IMG/VR virus record: IMGVR_UViG_3300012232_000003
Span: 788-64,787 of that record
DNA: 64,000 nucleotides
DNA from: a virus
Lineage: Duplodnaviria; Caudoviricetes
Strand: one strand, 5' to 3'
Part shown: piece by piece, positions 33,372 to 43,448 of the stretch
Position numbering within the stretch: the stretch's first letter is position 1
Layout of the letters: the number at the start of each line of letters is the position of its first letter
Notes under the pieces: generated by a model
The model's input: only the letters and a program-made list of their open reading frames with translations
What the model was told of the DNA's origin: nothing
Databases searched by the model: none
Position numbers and translations under genes: made by a program

Positions 33372-34172
33372 CTACTGCGGATTGAAGATCGTCGTAGCCG
33401 GACGCCAGTTCAGGCGAACCATGACGGTGTACACGTCGGGATCGAGGTTGATCGATGCCGGTGCAGCCGTCGCGGCCAGCACGTTCACCGAGTCGTAGCG
33501 AGTGTAGGTACCCTCGATGCCGATGTTCAGCGTCCTGGTGAGCCTCGTCTCGAGTCCGACGAGCAGCCGATGACCGTTCAGGCTGTGACCGCACACCAGT
33601 GGGGTCGGTGCTGCACAGAAGTTCACCGGACCGGCGGTCATGCCGGCACCGATGTCGAGATCGGCCTGGGTGTAGGCGTACCCGACGTAGGCGAGCGACT
33701 GTCCACTGGGACCGAAGGCTGCACCAACACGGCCGCCAACGTACCAGGTCTCGCGGAGACTGGCCGTGGCGAACAGGCCACCCATCGGCGGGACGTTGAA
33801 CCCGGTGTCCAGGTCGCCAAACTTGTAGCCGGCGAGGATGCCGATCACGAACGGCGTACCGGTGAACTGATAGTCGGCACCGAGCCGAGCGTCACCTGTC
33901 AGGCCGGCAGCTGAGAACCCGTCGATCCCGATGATCGTGCCTGGTCCAGGAGGTGCTACCGAATAGTTGGTCGGCATGTCGAGCGTCGAGTAGCCGATGC
34001 CGCCACCCAGGTAGATGCCGGTCCACGAGTAGACGCCGCCGCTGGCGATCACTGGCTGATCCTTCATGCCACTCCGTGGCCAGTTGGGATCCGCCGCGTC
34101 GGAGCGACAAGAACACGCAGCCAGCAACGCGCCAGCGGCGAGTGCAATCAATGCGACTTTCTTGAAGGTCAT
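33372..34172 (-). CDS. Outer-membrane beta-barrel protein (Omp25/RopB-like porin family)
   Basis: Signal peptide, YSWTGIYLGGGIGY, WYVGGRVG, LAYVGYAY, VGLETRL and VRLNWR beta-strands. Confidence 0.85.
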   Translation of the reverse strand: MTFKKVALIALAAGALLAACSCRSDAADPNWPRSGMKDQPVIASGGVYSWTGIYLGGGIGYSTLDMPTNYSVAPPGPGTIIGIDGFSAAGLTGDARLGADYQFTGTPFVIGILAGYKFGDLDTGFNVPPMGGLFATASLRETWYVGGRVGAAFGPSGQSLAYVGYAYTQADLDIGAGMTAGPVNFCAAPTPLVCGHSLNGHRLLVGLETRLTRTLNIGIEGTYTRYDSVNVLAATAAPASINLDPDVYTVMVRLNWRPATTIFNPQ

Positions 34173-34243
34173 GATGCGTTCCTTTGTGAAGTGCCCACGC
34201 ATTACGCGCTCTAGGTATACACCGGTTCGCTACCGATGTACAA

Positions 34244-34681
34244 TCATCCAACCGTTGGCGGCTCAACCGGAGTTGATGGCGGTGGAGTTGCTTTCGGTGG
34301 AACTTTTGGCAGCAGCTTCGGTGCCATCTTCTTGGCTGCTGGTTTCTTGGGTACTCGCGGCTTCTTCGGGGCGATCGGTCTGCCCGTCAGGTTGCCGTCA
34401 CGCTTGCGGATCCAATCCCCGAGCGCAGCGTGATTGAGTCGACAAGTCTCGTAGCGCCGCAGGTCATCAGCCCACAGTGCTTCAGTTTGGGCCTGGGAGA
34501 GCTTTCCCGCCGGGATCTGCTTTAGCCTTGGGCAAGGGCGCACCATCCAACTTGGGACGGGTTGTATCCTTGGCTTTTCCGCCAACACGATTGGGGCCAG
34601 AGGGTTTTCGTTCGTGGCGCAACCGGTTAACACGCTCAACAGCGTCAGAACTGAGAGCAGGCTGATTTGCAGTCGGGTCAT
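34244..34681 (-). CDS. rz1: o-spanin (Rz1-like lipoprotein)
   Basis: Lipobox LTGC, Pro-rich sequence, overlaps Rz in another frame. Confidence 0.75.
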   Translation of the reverse strand: MTRLQISLLSVLTLLSVLTGCATNENPLAPIVLAEKPRIQPVPSWMVRPCPRLKQIPAGKLSQAQTEALWADDLRRYETCRLNHAALGDWIRKRDGNLTGRPIAPKKPRVPKKPAAKKMAPKLLPKVPPKATPPPSTPVEPPTVG

Positions 34682-35141
34682 TTGCTGCTTCCTCTTTGAT
34701 GGTCTTCAACTCCGCTTTCAATCGATCACGTTCGTCTATCAACTCAGTCTTCTCAACTTTTGCCTGCTCCTTGGCGAGAGTATTGATCGCTTCCTGGCGA
34801 GCGATCTCGGCCTTACTGGTATTCTCCACCTCGGTCTTGATCGCCGTTACCGCTGCTTGGATCCGCTGCTCGACCTCGAGGTTACCGTCGATGTGTCCTT
34901 TGATGTAGCAGGTTCCCGCCACGATGATCGCAATGATGGTGCGGGCCCAGGGTGAATTCGTCATCGCGAGCTGGGCTACCATGCCAAGTGAGATAACGAG
35001 CAGGATCGCGGTCTTCCAGTCGGTCAGGTTGAACCCCCAGGCTGCCAAGCCACCGCCGCCGATGAGGGCAGCTACGAGACTAGGTAGCAACCAGGGAAGG
35101 ACGGCACCCAGTCCTAAGCGAATGAGAAGTGCAGTGAACAT
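34482..35141 (-). CDS. rz: i-spanin (Rz-like)
   Basis: N-terminal TM helices, then a coiled coil and PTANQPALSSDAVERVN. Confidence 0.7.
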   Translation of the reverse strand: MFTALLIRLGLGAVLPWLLPSLVAALIGGGGLAAWGFNLTDWKTAILLVISLGMVAQLAMTNSPWARTIIAIIVAGTCYIKGHIDGNLEVEQRIQAAVTAIKTEVENTSKAEIARQEAINTLAKEQAKVEKTELIDERDRLKAELKTIKEEAANDPTANQPALSSDAVERVNRLRHERKPSGPNRVGGKAKDTTRPKLDGAPLPKAKADPGGKALPGPN

Positions 35142-35500
35142 CAGTTTCCTCCTGCCTTGGGAACCTTGGGTAGAACGCCCGTGGGAGTAACGATCGGTGG
35201 AATGAAAGGACCTCCCAACTGAGGTGGCGGCTGGTTTCCCATCTTCGAGTAGTAGTCGAGACCGAAGGCTCCTGCGATATACAGCCAGCTTGACATTGAA
35301 GCGGTCCCGTATGCGGCACCCAGTGCATTGATAATTTCGACCGTCGAGTAGAAAAATACCTTGACGCTCAAGGATGCCCAGAAAAAGAATGCGAGGATCG
35401 CAAGCTCACGCTTAAACGAACGGATCGCCCAGTACTCGAGTAAGTTCCCTACCATCATTCCCCCTACACCTGGTATACCATACACAGGTGGGTAGTGCAA
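35141..35500 (-). CDS. Putative holin
   Basis: Two or three hydrophobic segments; lies between the endolysin and spanins. Confidence 0.6.
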   Translation of the reverse strand: MHYPPVYGIPGVGGMMVGNLLEYWAIRSFKRELAILAFFFWASLSVKVFFYSTVEIINALGAAYGTASMSSWLYIAGAFGLDYYSKMGNQPPPQLGGPFIPPIVTPTGVLPKVPKAGGN

Positions 35501-36262
35501 CTATAAACGCGCTGCTTGAACGTGCATCCAATCGTAGTCACGTTCACGTCCCAAGCTGATCCAACCCTCGGCATACCAACAGTCGAAGAACTTGCGGTAC
35601 TCGGGCTTGGCAAAACGAGCCCGCGTGTGATCCCAGTTGAGATCGTTGTGTGGTGCGTCGAAGTCGATGGCGATCCCCCAAGAGTGCATTGACCAATTGG
35701 AGCCACCACGCATGCGACGCACGTTCAAGCTGCCGCTGTACTGATCAAGACCTAGGGTCTTGACTTGATCGCCATAGTGGGCATGGATGTTTTGAAATGC
35801 ACGTATCGCCGAGGCAGCTACCCGCTTGTGAACCGAGATGTGCTCGACCGGGATCTTGCCATACCACATCTGATAGGGCGGCACGATCATCTCTTGGTTC
35901 TTACCCATCTCACCATAGAACGCTGGCACGTCCTTCTGGCGAGGCCAGGTGGTGGGCTGGTGTGCAATCTCTACCTCGGGCTGATCGACGTCGGTATCCT
36001 TTATGATGTAGGCGTTGTGAGCAGCTTGGGTTGCCGGACCGTAGAGCCCATCGATATCGGTAGCAAACCCATGATCACGCAGGAAGAGTTGCTCAGCTGC
36101 CATGTGCCGGCGTGCCTCATCCCAGTTGGTGATGTCGAGTCCTGTTGCGATAGCCATCTCGGCGATGGCCGTATTCAACGTCTCGCCACTCATGCCGTCG
36201 ATCTCACCTGTGTAGTAGCCCAACTCCTTGAGCCAACGTTGCATGGTACGTTCATCGAGCAT
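35501..36262 (-). CDS. Endolysin: peptidoglycan-binding repeats plus M15-family peptidase
   Basis: QRWLKELGYYTGEIDGMSG, DIDGLYGPAT, RGGSNWSMHSWGIAIDFD and DWMHVQ. Confidence 0.9.
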   Translation of the reverse strand: MLDERTMQRWLKELGYYTGEIDGMSGETLNTAIAEMAIATGLDITNWDEARRHMAAEQLFLRDHGFATDIDGLYGPATQAAHNAYIIKDTDVDQPEVEIAHQPTTWPRQKDVPAFYGEMGKNQEMIVPPYQMWYGKIPVEHISVHKRVAASAIRAFQNIHAHYGDQVKTLGLDQYSGSLNVRRMRGGSNWSMHSWGIAIDFDAPHNDLNWDHTRARFAKPEYRKFFDCWYAEGWISLGRERDYDWMHVQAARL

Positions 36263-36272
36263 GTTTGTCTCC

Positions 36273-37049
36273 TTACTTCTTAAAGGTCACCATCAGTGCT
36301 ACGGTAATGACGCTAACGATCACGCCGATCGTGCTGAAGATATAGACCCAAACGTCATTAGCCCCCTTCTTGAGACCCTCAATGGTAGTCAGACGATCTT
36401 TGATGTCGCCAATCTTGTCGTCAGTTCCCTTCGTCATGGTAGAGATCAGGATGCCGATCTGGTCGATCTGCTTGACGAAGGCCGCCTCACTCTTGGAGAT
36501 GGCAGCCGAGTTAGCTTCATTCTGCTTGCCGACAGCTTCCTTCTGAGCTTGCAACGCCGCATCGATGGCAACCTTACTGTCCTTCGATGCTTGCTCGGTA
36601 CGAACATCCCGCTCTCGAAACTGGGTAGCGATGCTCTCAAACTTCTCATCGTGCAACTCTTGCAAACGACTAACAGACTCATTCAGGCTAGAGTTCTGCA
36701 ACAACATCGTAGCCTTTTGCGCTTCCAGGGCAGTCGTTACAGCTCTGTCCACTGCACGATCTCGAGCATCGAACTGTGCTTGTACATTCATCAACTTATT
36801 GTCAAGCAACTCCTGCAACCGTTGGAGTGCTATGTCCGTGGATGACGGTATACGGTCAGCGTGCGCTTGGATTAGCGTGATTGCTTTGTCCATGCCATCC
36901 AGGCGGGTCTCAAACAGCTCACGTAAAGCTGTTATCTCTCTAAGCAATTGCTGCGTGGTCAACAATGTTGGATCAGGAATTGGAACTGTATTTGATGGTC
37001 TGACATTCATAGCCTGTCCCCGATTTGGTTTATTTTGACTAGTCGCCAC
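36273..37049 (-). CDS. Coiled-coil protein with C-terminal transmembrane helix
   Basis: Long heptad-like region and a terminal WVYIFSTIGVIVSVITVALMV. Confidence 0.7.
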   Translation of the reverse strand: MATSQNKPNRGQAMNVRPSNTVPIPDPTLLTTQQLLREITALRELFETRLDGMDKAITLIQAHADRIPSSTDIALQRLQELLDNKLMNVQAQFDARDRAVDRAVTTALEAQKATMLLQNSSLNESVSRLQELHDEKFESIATQFRERDVRTEQASKDSKVAIDAALQAQKEAVGKQNEANSAAISKSEAAFVKQIDQIGILISTMTKGTDDKIGDIKDRLTTIEGLKKGANDVWVYIFSTIGVIVSVITVALMVTFKK

Positions 37050-37057
37050 GACTTCCC

Positions 37058-37249
37058 TCAGTCCTTCTTGAATGGCTCCACGATAAAGTGTTGCGTCGCG
37101 ATGTCAAAGAACAGCGCCCGTCGATATGCTGCTTCCTCGGTATCGAAGATCTGCGCCCCACGTTTGTCCTCAACCCAACGAAGCATCGTGACAGATCCCG
37201 TGTCTGCCAGCCACCTCGGTGGATCAACCTTTGTTACGATACAAAACAT
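37058..37249 (-). CDS. Hypothetical protein
   Basis: A 63-aa ORF with an AGGAGG RBS. Confidence 0.55.
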   Translation of the reverse strand: MFCIVTKVDPPRWLADTGSVTMLRWVEDKRGAQIFDTEEAAYRRALFFDIATQHFIVEPFKKD

Positions 37250-37258
37250 GCAATCCTC

Positions 37259-38206
37259 CTACTGTCTGAGCATGGCACCGAATGCTGAAGCCACCGAGGG
37301 AAAGGTTGCCAGCGAACCGCTCGTGCTTCCTCCCACTAAGGTCAGATAGTTATAGCCCGCAGAGAAGCGATATCCCAACTGACCCGATATCTTGATGGGA
37401 GCGCTCGCAGCTGCGGTGTAAGCATTAGTGGCACCGATCCGTATTGATGTCCCGTTCACACCAATGGAACCATATATTGAGATGCTGCCGGCAGCAGCGA
37501 ACACCGATGAGTTGAAGAATGTCAGGGCGTCTTCATCTCCCCAGGTTATGAACTCAATCCTGTCAGCATTACTGATCTCAACCCAAGGATCAGCAATAGT
37601 AGTGCGGCTGGTGCCAAGCACACGTTGACAGAATTTTAGAACACGATTGTAGTAGGTGGTTACAAAGCGTTGAGTTTCGCTATCCACAAAAATGCCCGGT
37701 GTGCCTGCTCCTGTGTAGATCATACCAACTAAGGTTCGGGCGCTGTTGGCCCCACCTCCACTTTTTACAGAATAAACATTATAGAGAGAATGAAGAGCAG
37801 GAGCGGTTGTTGTGATATCCAACAATAGGTTAGTACCGTTATAATAGACATAGACGTAGTAAAGAGTTGCTGCGACCAGCCCCACATTGTCTCCAGTTAC
37901 GCCGTTCCATTGTATCGAGTAGTTTATTCCATCAATGAAGACCTTATTGCTGCCCGTGGGCATCAACTTGATCGCGGTTGAACCTATAAAAACAAGTCGG
38001 CAGCCAAACTCCATGGGAGGAAGGATCGCATCAAGATTGGGAAGAACTGCGCCAACGGCGGGAGCTGCCCCTATGGTGCCACCTCCAGCTACCCAGGCTG
38101 CAACTTCTGGACTTCCCGTATTCGCACTCTCCATCTGACCTGAAGAGTGTGTGCGAGTGACGGTAGTGTGCCCAGCATCTGCGTACGTGTAATCTCCCCA
38201 AGCCAT
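37259..38206 (-). CDS. Tail fibre/receptor-binding accessory protein
   Basis: Gly/Thr/Ala-rich beta structure, YYVYVY motif, follows the tail fibre gene. Confidence 0.65.
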   Translation of the reverse strand: MAWGDYTYADAGHTTVTRTHSSGQMESANTGSPEVAAWVAGGGTIGAAPAVGAVLPNLDAILPPMEFGCRLVFIGSTAIKLMPTGSNKVFIDGINYSIQWNGVTGDNVGLVAATLYYVYVYYNGTNLLLDITTTAPALHSLYNVYSVKSGGGANSARTLVGMIYTGAGTPGIFVDSETQRFVTTYYNRVLKFCQRVLGTSRTTIADPWVEISNADRIEFITWGDEDALTFFNSSVFAAAGSISIYGSIGVNGTSIRIGATNAYTAAASAPIKISGQLGYRFSAGYNYLTLVGGSTSGSLATFPSVASAFGAMLRQ

Positions 38207-38207
38207 G

Positions 38208-40652
38208 TCACAACTCCGCTCCTGTGCCAACGATATAGGCGTTAGCGTTCAAGCCGTAGATAGCCGACGCATTGCCTGCGACGAAAGGCGTTCCCGCCAC
38301 GACCCCGTTGAACTGGAGCACAACACCTGTGGCGGTGTTGAACGTTAGTGTTGAGAAGGTGCGCAGAGTGGAGGTTCCGTCCAGTCCTGCGAAGTCGCTT
38401 GCCGCGCTGATCGCAAATCCTGTGGGAACGACACGAGGCGGGCAGTAGTAGGCCAGGGTCCAGCCACCCGAGTTGTTGCCTGATATCTGACCCAGGCCGA
38501 ACCAACCGGAGAGCTGGCCTGCCGGCCACGACGGCAGATAGCGTTGACAGATGATCTGCTCGGTGCTCATCGGCCGGCGCTCGAATGGAGTCGCAACAGA
38601 GCCCACCTCCAACTGAATATCAGTGATATCCATCAGGTCTGCGACCGTCGTGGCTGTCTTATCCGACCAGATAAGAACCATCATGTTTGTAGTCGACGCG
38701 GTATCCATCAACGCGCTGACCGAATAAGTAGCCCAGGCCGTAGTAGGATTGAGATTGACCGGCGTGTTCTCATAAGTGTAATTCGACTTAAGAGTCGGGT
38801 TGGTTCCGGCGGCGTTCCATGTCGAGATTGGATCGGTCTGCGTAGCATCAGCAGTGCTGCTCCAAGCCACGATGGCTGCCCGCAAATCGTTGAGGCTTGA
38901 GCCTGTGGCTTTGGCCTTAAAGCTCACCGTGAGGGTCTGACCGATCAAGCCGTTGATGTTGCGTCTCTCAAGGACCTGGCACATGCCAAACTTGAGATTG
39001 GCCGTCTTGACGTTGAAGCGATGGAAGAACTGACCATCAGCCGGAGGATTGGCCGTTCCTTGGGAAACATCAACAACGTTGTTTCCATCAGAAAGGATAC
39101 GCCAGCGATCAAGCAGAGTGACCGCATCGTTGTTAATGAAGGCCGTAGCCGAAGTGAACGGGCCCGCACCACGACCTGCCACTCGGAAGTCACCGTTATG
39201 GAGATGGTTGCGGAAGCCGAAAGTAAAGGCTGATCCCGCAATCGCAGCAACTTCTGCTGCACTTGCAGGCCCTTGGTTAATGCCTCCAGTATCAGTGTAC
39301 TTGACAAGAGCACCGCTAGTGACTGAGGCTCCAGGACCACTAACATTAAAATCTTGACCCGCGATGGTGCCAGGGAAGACCGTGCCCGAGCCTGCGAGCA
39401 CACCGCCAGGAGTGACGATGTACTTCTGACCCACCGTACCAGCACCTGCGCCTGCACCATCAAAGGTGACAGCAACACCACTGGTAGTAAACACGCCACC
39501 ACGTTGCACGTTGATGAAAAAGTCGATGGTCAAGTTGCCACGAACATAATGGGTCGGGAACATCGCGATGCGACCGTTGTCGAAGACCTGATTTGCAGCA
39601 GCGCAGTTGCCGATCGTGTAGCATTTCAACTGCTCGTTGATACCTGCACCATTGCTCGTCGAGATCTTCTGAACGCTCAACGGACCGTACGTGATCTCAC
39701 CTGGGTCAAGCACCGCACCCTGAGAGTTGTTAAAGGCGATGACACCAGCGAACCCACCGTTGTACAATCCCATCTCACGAACGCCAAGGATGTTATTATC
39801 GGTGTTGAAGAAGATGGATTGACTGTTTCCCGTGACTGTTGCAAGCGTAGCCACAACCTTGCCGCCACTGGTCCATGCTCCACCAAAGGTTGAACCCACC
39901 AGATCGATGTGGGTCGAGTCGATGATCGAGATTGTCCAGACTGCTGGCGTCACCGGAGCGGTGTTATTATTGTTGGCCTCGACGGCACCCAGTACCTCGC
40001 GAACCATGATTTGCTGACCGTTCAGCAACTGGGTCGTGGAGGTAACAGCTAAGCGGATCGCACCGCTTCCGTTATTGGCTGCGCCCGTGATCGCGATAGC
40101 TGTAAGACCCAGCAAGTTTGGGAACGAGCAACCCACCCACGGATGTGCGAACACTCCCGGTGCATAAGGCGTCAACCTGGGTCTAACGACAATCGAAGGC
40201 TGGGCCCCATTAAAGTCAATCCGTCTAAGACGAGCTGAGGCACCGTTAAAGGTCAACCACGCACCTGCGGCATTGTCGCTCAACCCATCGTTGTCGACAT
40301 CATTACCATCGGGACGAATATAGTAAGTCTGACCAGTGGTAGGTTGTACCGGTCGAGGACTCACGTCGGCTTGGTACTGTTGAATCGTACCGATCAGATA
40401 GTCTTCCCAAATGACCGATGCAGCACCCACTGATGCAGTGATCCGATATTTACCGCTCGCCACATAAAAGCGCACGAACCCATTGAGGTCTGCCGTCGCG
40501 GGATTGCCCACATTGCCGTTGCCCAATTCGTCAGCACGTAGTACCGGCAAGCCCAGGTCACTCATGCGTTGCACGAGGACCGTTGCCCCGGGCATGACGT
40601 TGCCTTCTTCGTCCTGGATCGTCCGATTGAAAGCTGCCAGCAAAGCCGTCAT
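38208..40652 (-). CDS. Tail fibre/spike (receptor-binding protein)
   Basis: TYYIRPDGND beta-helix start; C-terminal NHLHNGDF...DIQLEVGSVATPFERR...CQRY carbohydrate-binding-like module. Confidence 0.8.
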   Translation of the reverse strand: MTALLAAFNRTIQDEEGNVMPGATVLVQRMSDLGLPVLRADELGNGNVGNPATADLNGFVRFYVASGKYRITASVGAASVIWEDYLIGTIQQYQADVSPRPVQPTTGQTYYIRPDGNDVDNDGLSDNAAGAWLTFNGASARLRRIDFNGAQPSIVVRPRLTPYAPGVFAHPWVGCSFPNLLGLTAIAITGAANNGSGAIRLAVTSTTQLLNGQQIMVREVLGAVEANNNNTAPVTPAVWTISIIDSTHIDLVGSTFGGAWTSGGKVVATLATVTGNSQSIFFNTDNNILGVREMGLYNGGFAGVIAFNNSQGAVLDPGEITYGPLSVQKISTSNGAGINEQLKCYTIGNCAAANQVFDNGRIAMFPTHYVRGNLTIDFFINVQRGGVFTTSGVAVTFDGAGAGAGTVGQKYIVTPGGVLAGSGTVFPGTIAGQDFNVSGPGASVTSGALVKYTDTGGINQGPASAAEVAAIAGSAFTFGFRNHLHNGDFRVAGRGAGPFTSATAFINNDAVTLLDRWRILSDGNNVVDVSQGTANPPADGQFFHRFNVKTANLKFGMCQVLERRNINGLIGQTLTVSFKAKATGSSLNDLRAAIVAWSSTADATQTDPISTWNAAGTNPTLKSNYTYENTPVNLNPTTAWATYSVSALMDTASTTNMMVLIWSDKTATTVADLMDITDIQLEVGSVATPFERRPMSTEQIICQRYLPSWPAGQLSGWFGLGQISGNNSGGWTLAYYCPPRVVPTGFAISAASDFAGLDGTSTLRTFSTLTFNTATGVVLQFNGVVAGTPFVAGNASAIYGLNANAYIVGTGAEL

Positions 40653-40661
40653 GGCCTACTC

Positions 40662-43448
40662 CTAGTTGATCTGTCCACCGCGAATGTCACCCACGGTTTG
40701 TATCGTGACGAAGCTCACCCCGTCAATGGCTGCACCCGCCAGGCCACCAGCTTGGTTACTTTGGAACCCTTGGCCAATCTGACCTGGCAGTCCTGGACCA
40801 CCACCGTCACCACCAATGGTTCCGGTCGTTGCGTTATCGCCACCAGCCTCGGTGGTTCCTGGTGCACCTACGGTTGGATTGCCCGACTTGATGCCACCCG
40901 CACCAGGCACCTGACCAGCACCGCCACAACCTGGGAATGAACCCGCCGCACCGATGGTTCCCACACCGGTACCACCGCCACCGCCGCCACTCCAGAGCTG
41001 ACCTTCATTGATGAGTGTAATAGGATACCGAGTGTAGAGTGCCACGCCACCCACATCACCAGCCTCACCAGCGCCGCTGTTACCATCACCACCGCGACCA
41101 CCACAACCTTGTCCACGGCCAATGTTGCGCAGGTAAAGTGGTACACCTGTGATCCAGCTTCCAACATCAATCGCTTTAAGTGCTGTCGTCTCACTTCCCA
41201 CTATGATACTGGCAGAAATGATGAAGGTCACCGTCACACCATTGTAGCCCAGGTCAGCTGGTACGATCTCTGGATAGATCGAGTCGTGAAGTGAACGCAG
41301 ATTGATATTGTTGACGTTGCTGTCAATGGTGATGACACGATCGGTCGAGGCCGCAGTGTCGATGGTCGTGAAGAGCATCTCCTCTGCAGTGACCTTCATC
41401 ATGTCGTCTTGTGGATCGACCCGTGTGATCTGAATGGGCGAGTTGTATGCTACACCCAATTCATCTTGGTTGCCCCACCAAGCAGCACGAGCACCGACTC
41501 CCACCGCAGGCTCTTGCACTCCACTGTAGCGCATCACGTCGAACGAAAACTTTCGCGGCGGAGTTTTGAACCTACCGATGATAAGATCATTCACCCGCTG
41601 CGCGGTGCTTCGTCCAAAGGCTGGGATCCAATCGCCATAGACCTTCTTGATGATTGCTTCACCGTGCTCGGTCTCTCCCTCGGTGTCGATCGTGATCAAC
41701 GTGCTACGATAGTTGTCAAGATTGTCAAGAGGTGCACACGGATTGCGTACACCATAGTAGGTCCAGACTTGCGTGACCCTCTTGCTGAGTTGCTCTTGCA
41801 CGCCAAAGCTGCTCGCTATAGTGTTCCCTTGATTGTACTCAAACGCTGTAGTGGGAATGCCGCGAAGCACCTGTAGGTTGATTAGGTTTTCGATCTCGTC
41901 GTGCCAGATCAACAGACCCGCCTGCTCACACAATGATGAAACGAGCTTGTTGACGCCTGTGGGTTCGGCGATGAACTTTGTATAGAGACGATCTAGGTAA
42001 GTGTCGACCTCGAGCAGCCAAGTCGAAAATGGTATGAGACTTGTGCTCATGCCTGCAAAGTTGACGAACTGATCATTCACGATGGTCGCCGCGTCTACCC
42101 CATTGTAATACTTGCCCAACTGTACCCGATCCTCAGCGGCATGTTGAATAGCGGTCGTACCAAATAACCCACGACCCGCTACGCCACCCACCACAGTGAA
42201 CGCATCAGCAACCCGTGTGAACTGTATGACTTCCTTACCACCCACCGACACATGACCAGCCGATGGATATTCGATGTTGCCAATGCCTGCAGGCAACACA
42301 TTGAATGACGTACCCACCGCAGTCAATGTACCTGACAAAAAGCCATTGCTCATGATCGGGCACTGGGCCCGACTGTTATCAGCAAGCTGGATCGGATCCT
42401 GAGAGATGAGAGAATAGACACCTGTCACCGAGGGTCCGTTGAATTCCTCAAGGACATAACTCCTGATCTCTTCATTCACTGATCCAAGGAGCTTTGTGAT
42501 GCGTCTAAAAGGTTGTCCCCGACGAAAAAGACCACGTGATCGAAACTTCGACCACTCAGTTCCATTATTAGCAAACTCGCCAAGATCAGAGCTTGGGTGA
42601 TCTTTGAATTGTGCAGTGATCTTAGTACGGGTGCCCAGGCCCTCGCCCAGGGAAAGCTCACCTGGTTGTGTCGATACTGAAACCAAGTCTGGTATGACCA
42701 CTAGAGTTACCGGCAAGTAATCTGTGGACTTTGCATGACGATGAGTTTCAACGGTGCTACTGAGCAGAGACTTGACTCGAAAGTAGCCAACATTGATCAC
42801 ATCCTCAGTAAGGTTAGTGATTCCCACGCCTGAGAAACCGGCAGTTGTGATTGGTGTTGTAAAATCATCAACCGAGATCATAAAAAGGCTAGGCTCATTA
42901 GATGCAGAACCTTGCCAGATCTTACCACGAACCAACACGCCTCCACCAGAAATATTAAGAGCATCAAGGCGCATCCACGTCGGCGTGGTCAGATTGATGA
43001 CGACCGCGAGCGAAGCAATAGTCGTAGCAGCACCATTACGAAATCGAACCAAGGTGAGCAAGCCAGTACCAGTCACCATACGCATCATATAACCATTTTC
43101 GGTATCATCATTTCCACTCGCTCGGACCATTACTCGCAAGCCGGAGTTCGTGGTATTGAATTGATTTTTCATACATGACAATACAGATAGGTCTCGAATA
43201 CTGGGTGGAATATTCCACTTCCAGAGCGATGTGTCGGAGACGGTGTGCTTGGTCAAATGAACAGCCCGACCCGAGGGCATTGTCGCGTCAATGACGCCCA
43301 CCATTCGAGTGTGTTGATCCCAGATTTGGGTCCAATCTGCTACAGCTTTACCAACCCTTACTGCTTCAAATTGCGTAGCGCGAAACACGTCAAGGTCAAA
43401 CTCAACGTAGGAGAGTGTCTTACCAACGATCTCTTGGGTCGTGGTCAC
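40662..43448 (-). CDS. Tail tip/hub protein with lectin-like insertion and Gly-rich C-terminus
   Basis: Position two genes after the TMP; Gly-rich GGGGG C-terminus. Confidence 0.7.
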   Translation of the reverse strand: MTTTQEIVGKTLSYVEFDLDVFRATQFEAVRVGKAVADWTQIWDQHTRMVGVIDATMPSGRAVHLTKHTVSDTSLWKWNIPPSIRDLSVLSCMKNQFNTTNSGLRVMVRASGNDDTENGYMMRMVTGTGLLTLVRFRNGAATTIASLAVVINLTTPTWMRLDALNISGGGVLVRGKIWQGSASNEPSLFMISVDDFTTPITTAGFSGVGITNLTEDVINVGYFRVKSLLSSTVETHRHAKSTDYLPVTLVVIPDLVSVSTQPGELSLGEGLGTRTKITAQFKDHPSSDLGEFANNGTEWSKFRSRGLFRRGQPFRRITKLLGSVNEEIRSYVLEEFNGPSVTGVYSLISQDPIQLADNSRAQCPIMSNGFLSGTLTAVGTSFNVLPAGIGNIEYPSAGHVSVGGKEVIQFTRVADAFTVVGGVAGRGLFGTTAIQHAAEDRVQLGKYYNGVDAATIVNDQFVNFAGMSTSLIPFSTWLLEVDTYLDRLYTKFIAEPTGVNKLVSSLCEQAGLLIWHDEIENLINLQVLRGIPTTAFEYNQGNTIASSFGVQEQLSKRVTQVWTYYGVRNPCAPLDNLDNYRSTLITIDTEGETEHGEAIIKKVYGDWIPAFGRSTAQRVNDLIIGRFKTPPRKFSFDVMRYSGVQEPAVGVGARAAWWGNQDELGVAYNSPIQITRVDPQDDMMKVTAEEMLFTTIDTAASTDRVITIDSNVNNINLRSLHDSIYPEIVPADLGYNGVTVTFIISASIIVGSETTALKAIDVGSWITGVPLYLRNIGRGQGCGGRGGDGNSGAGEAGDVGGVALYTRYPITLINEGQLWSGGGGGGTGVGTIGAAGSFPGCGGAGQVPGAGGIKSGNPTVGAPGTTEAGGDNATTGTIGGDGGGPGLPGQIGQGFQSNQAGGLAGAAIDGVSFVTIQTVGDIRGGQIN

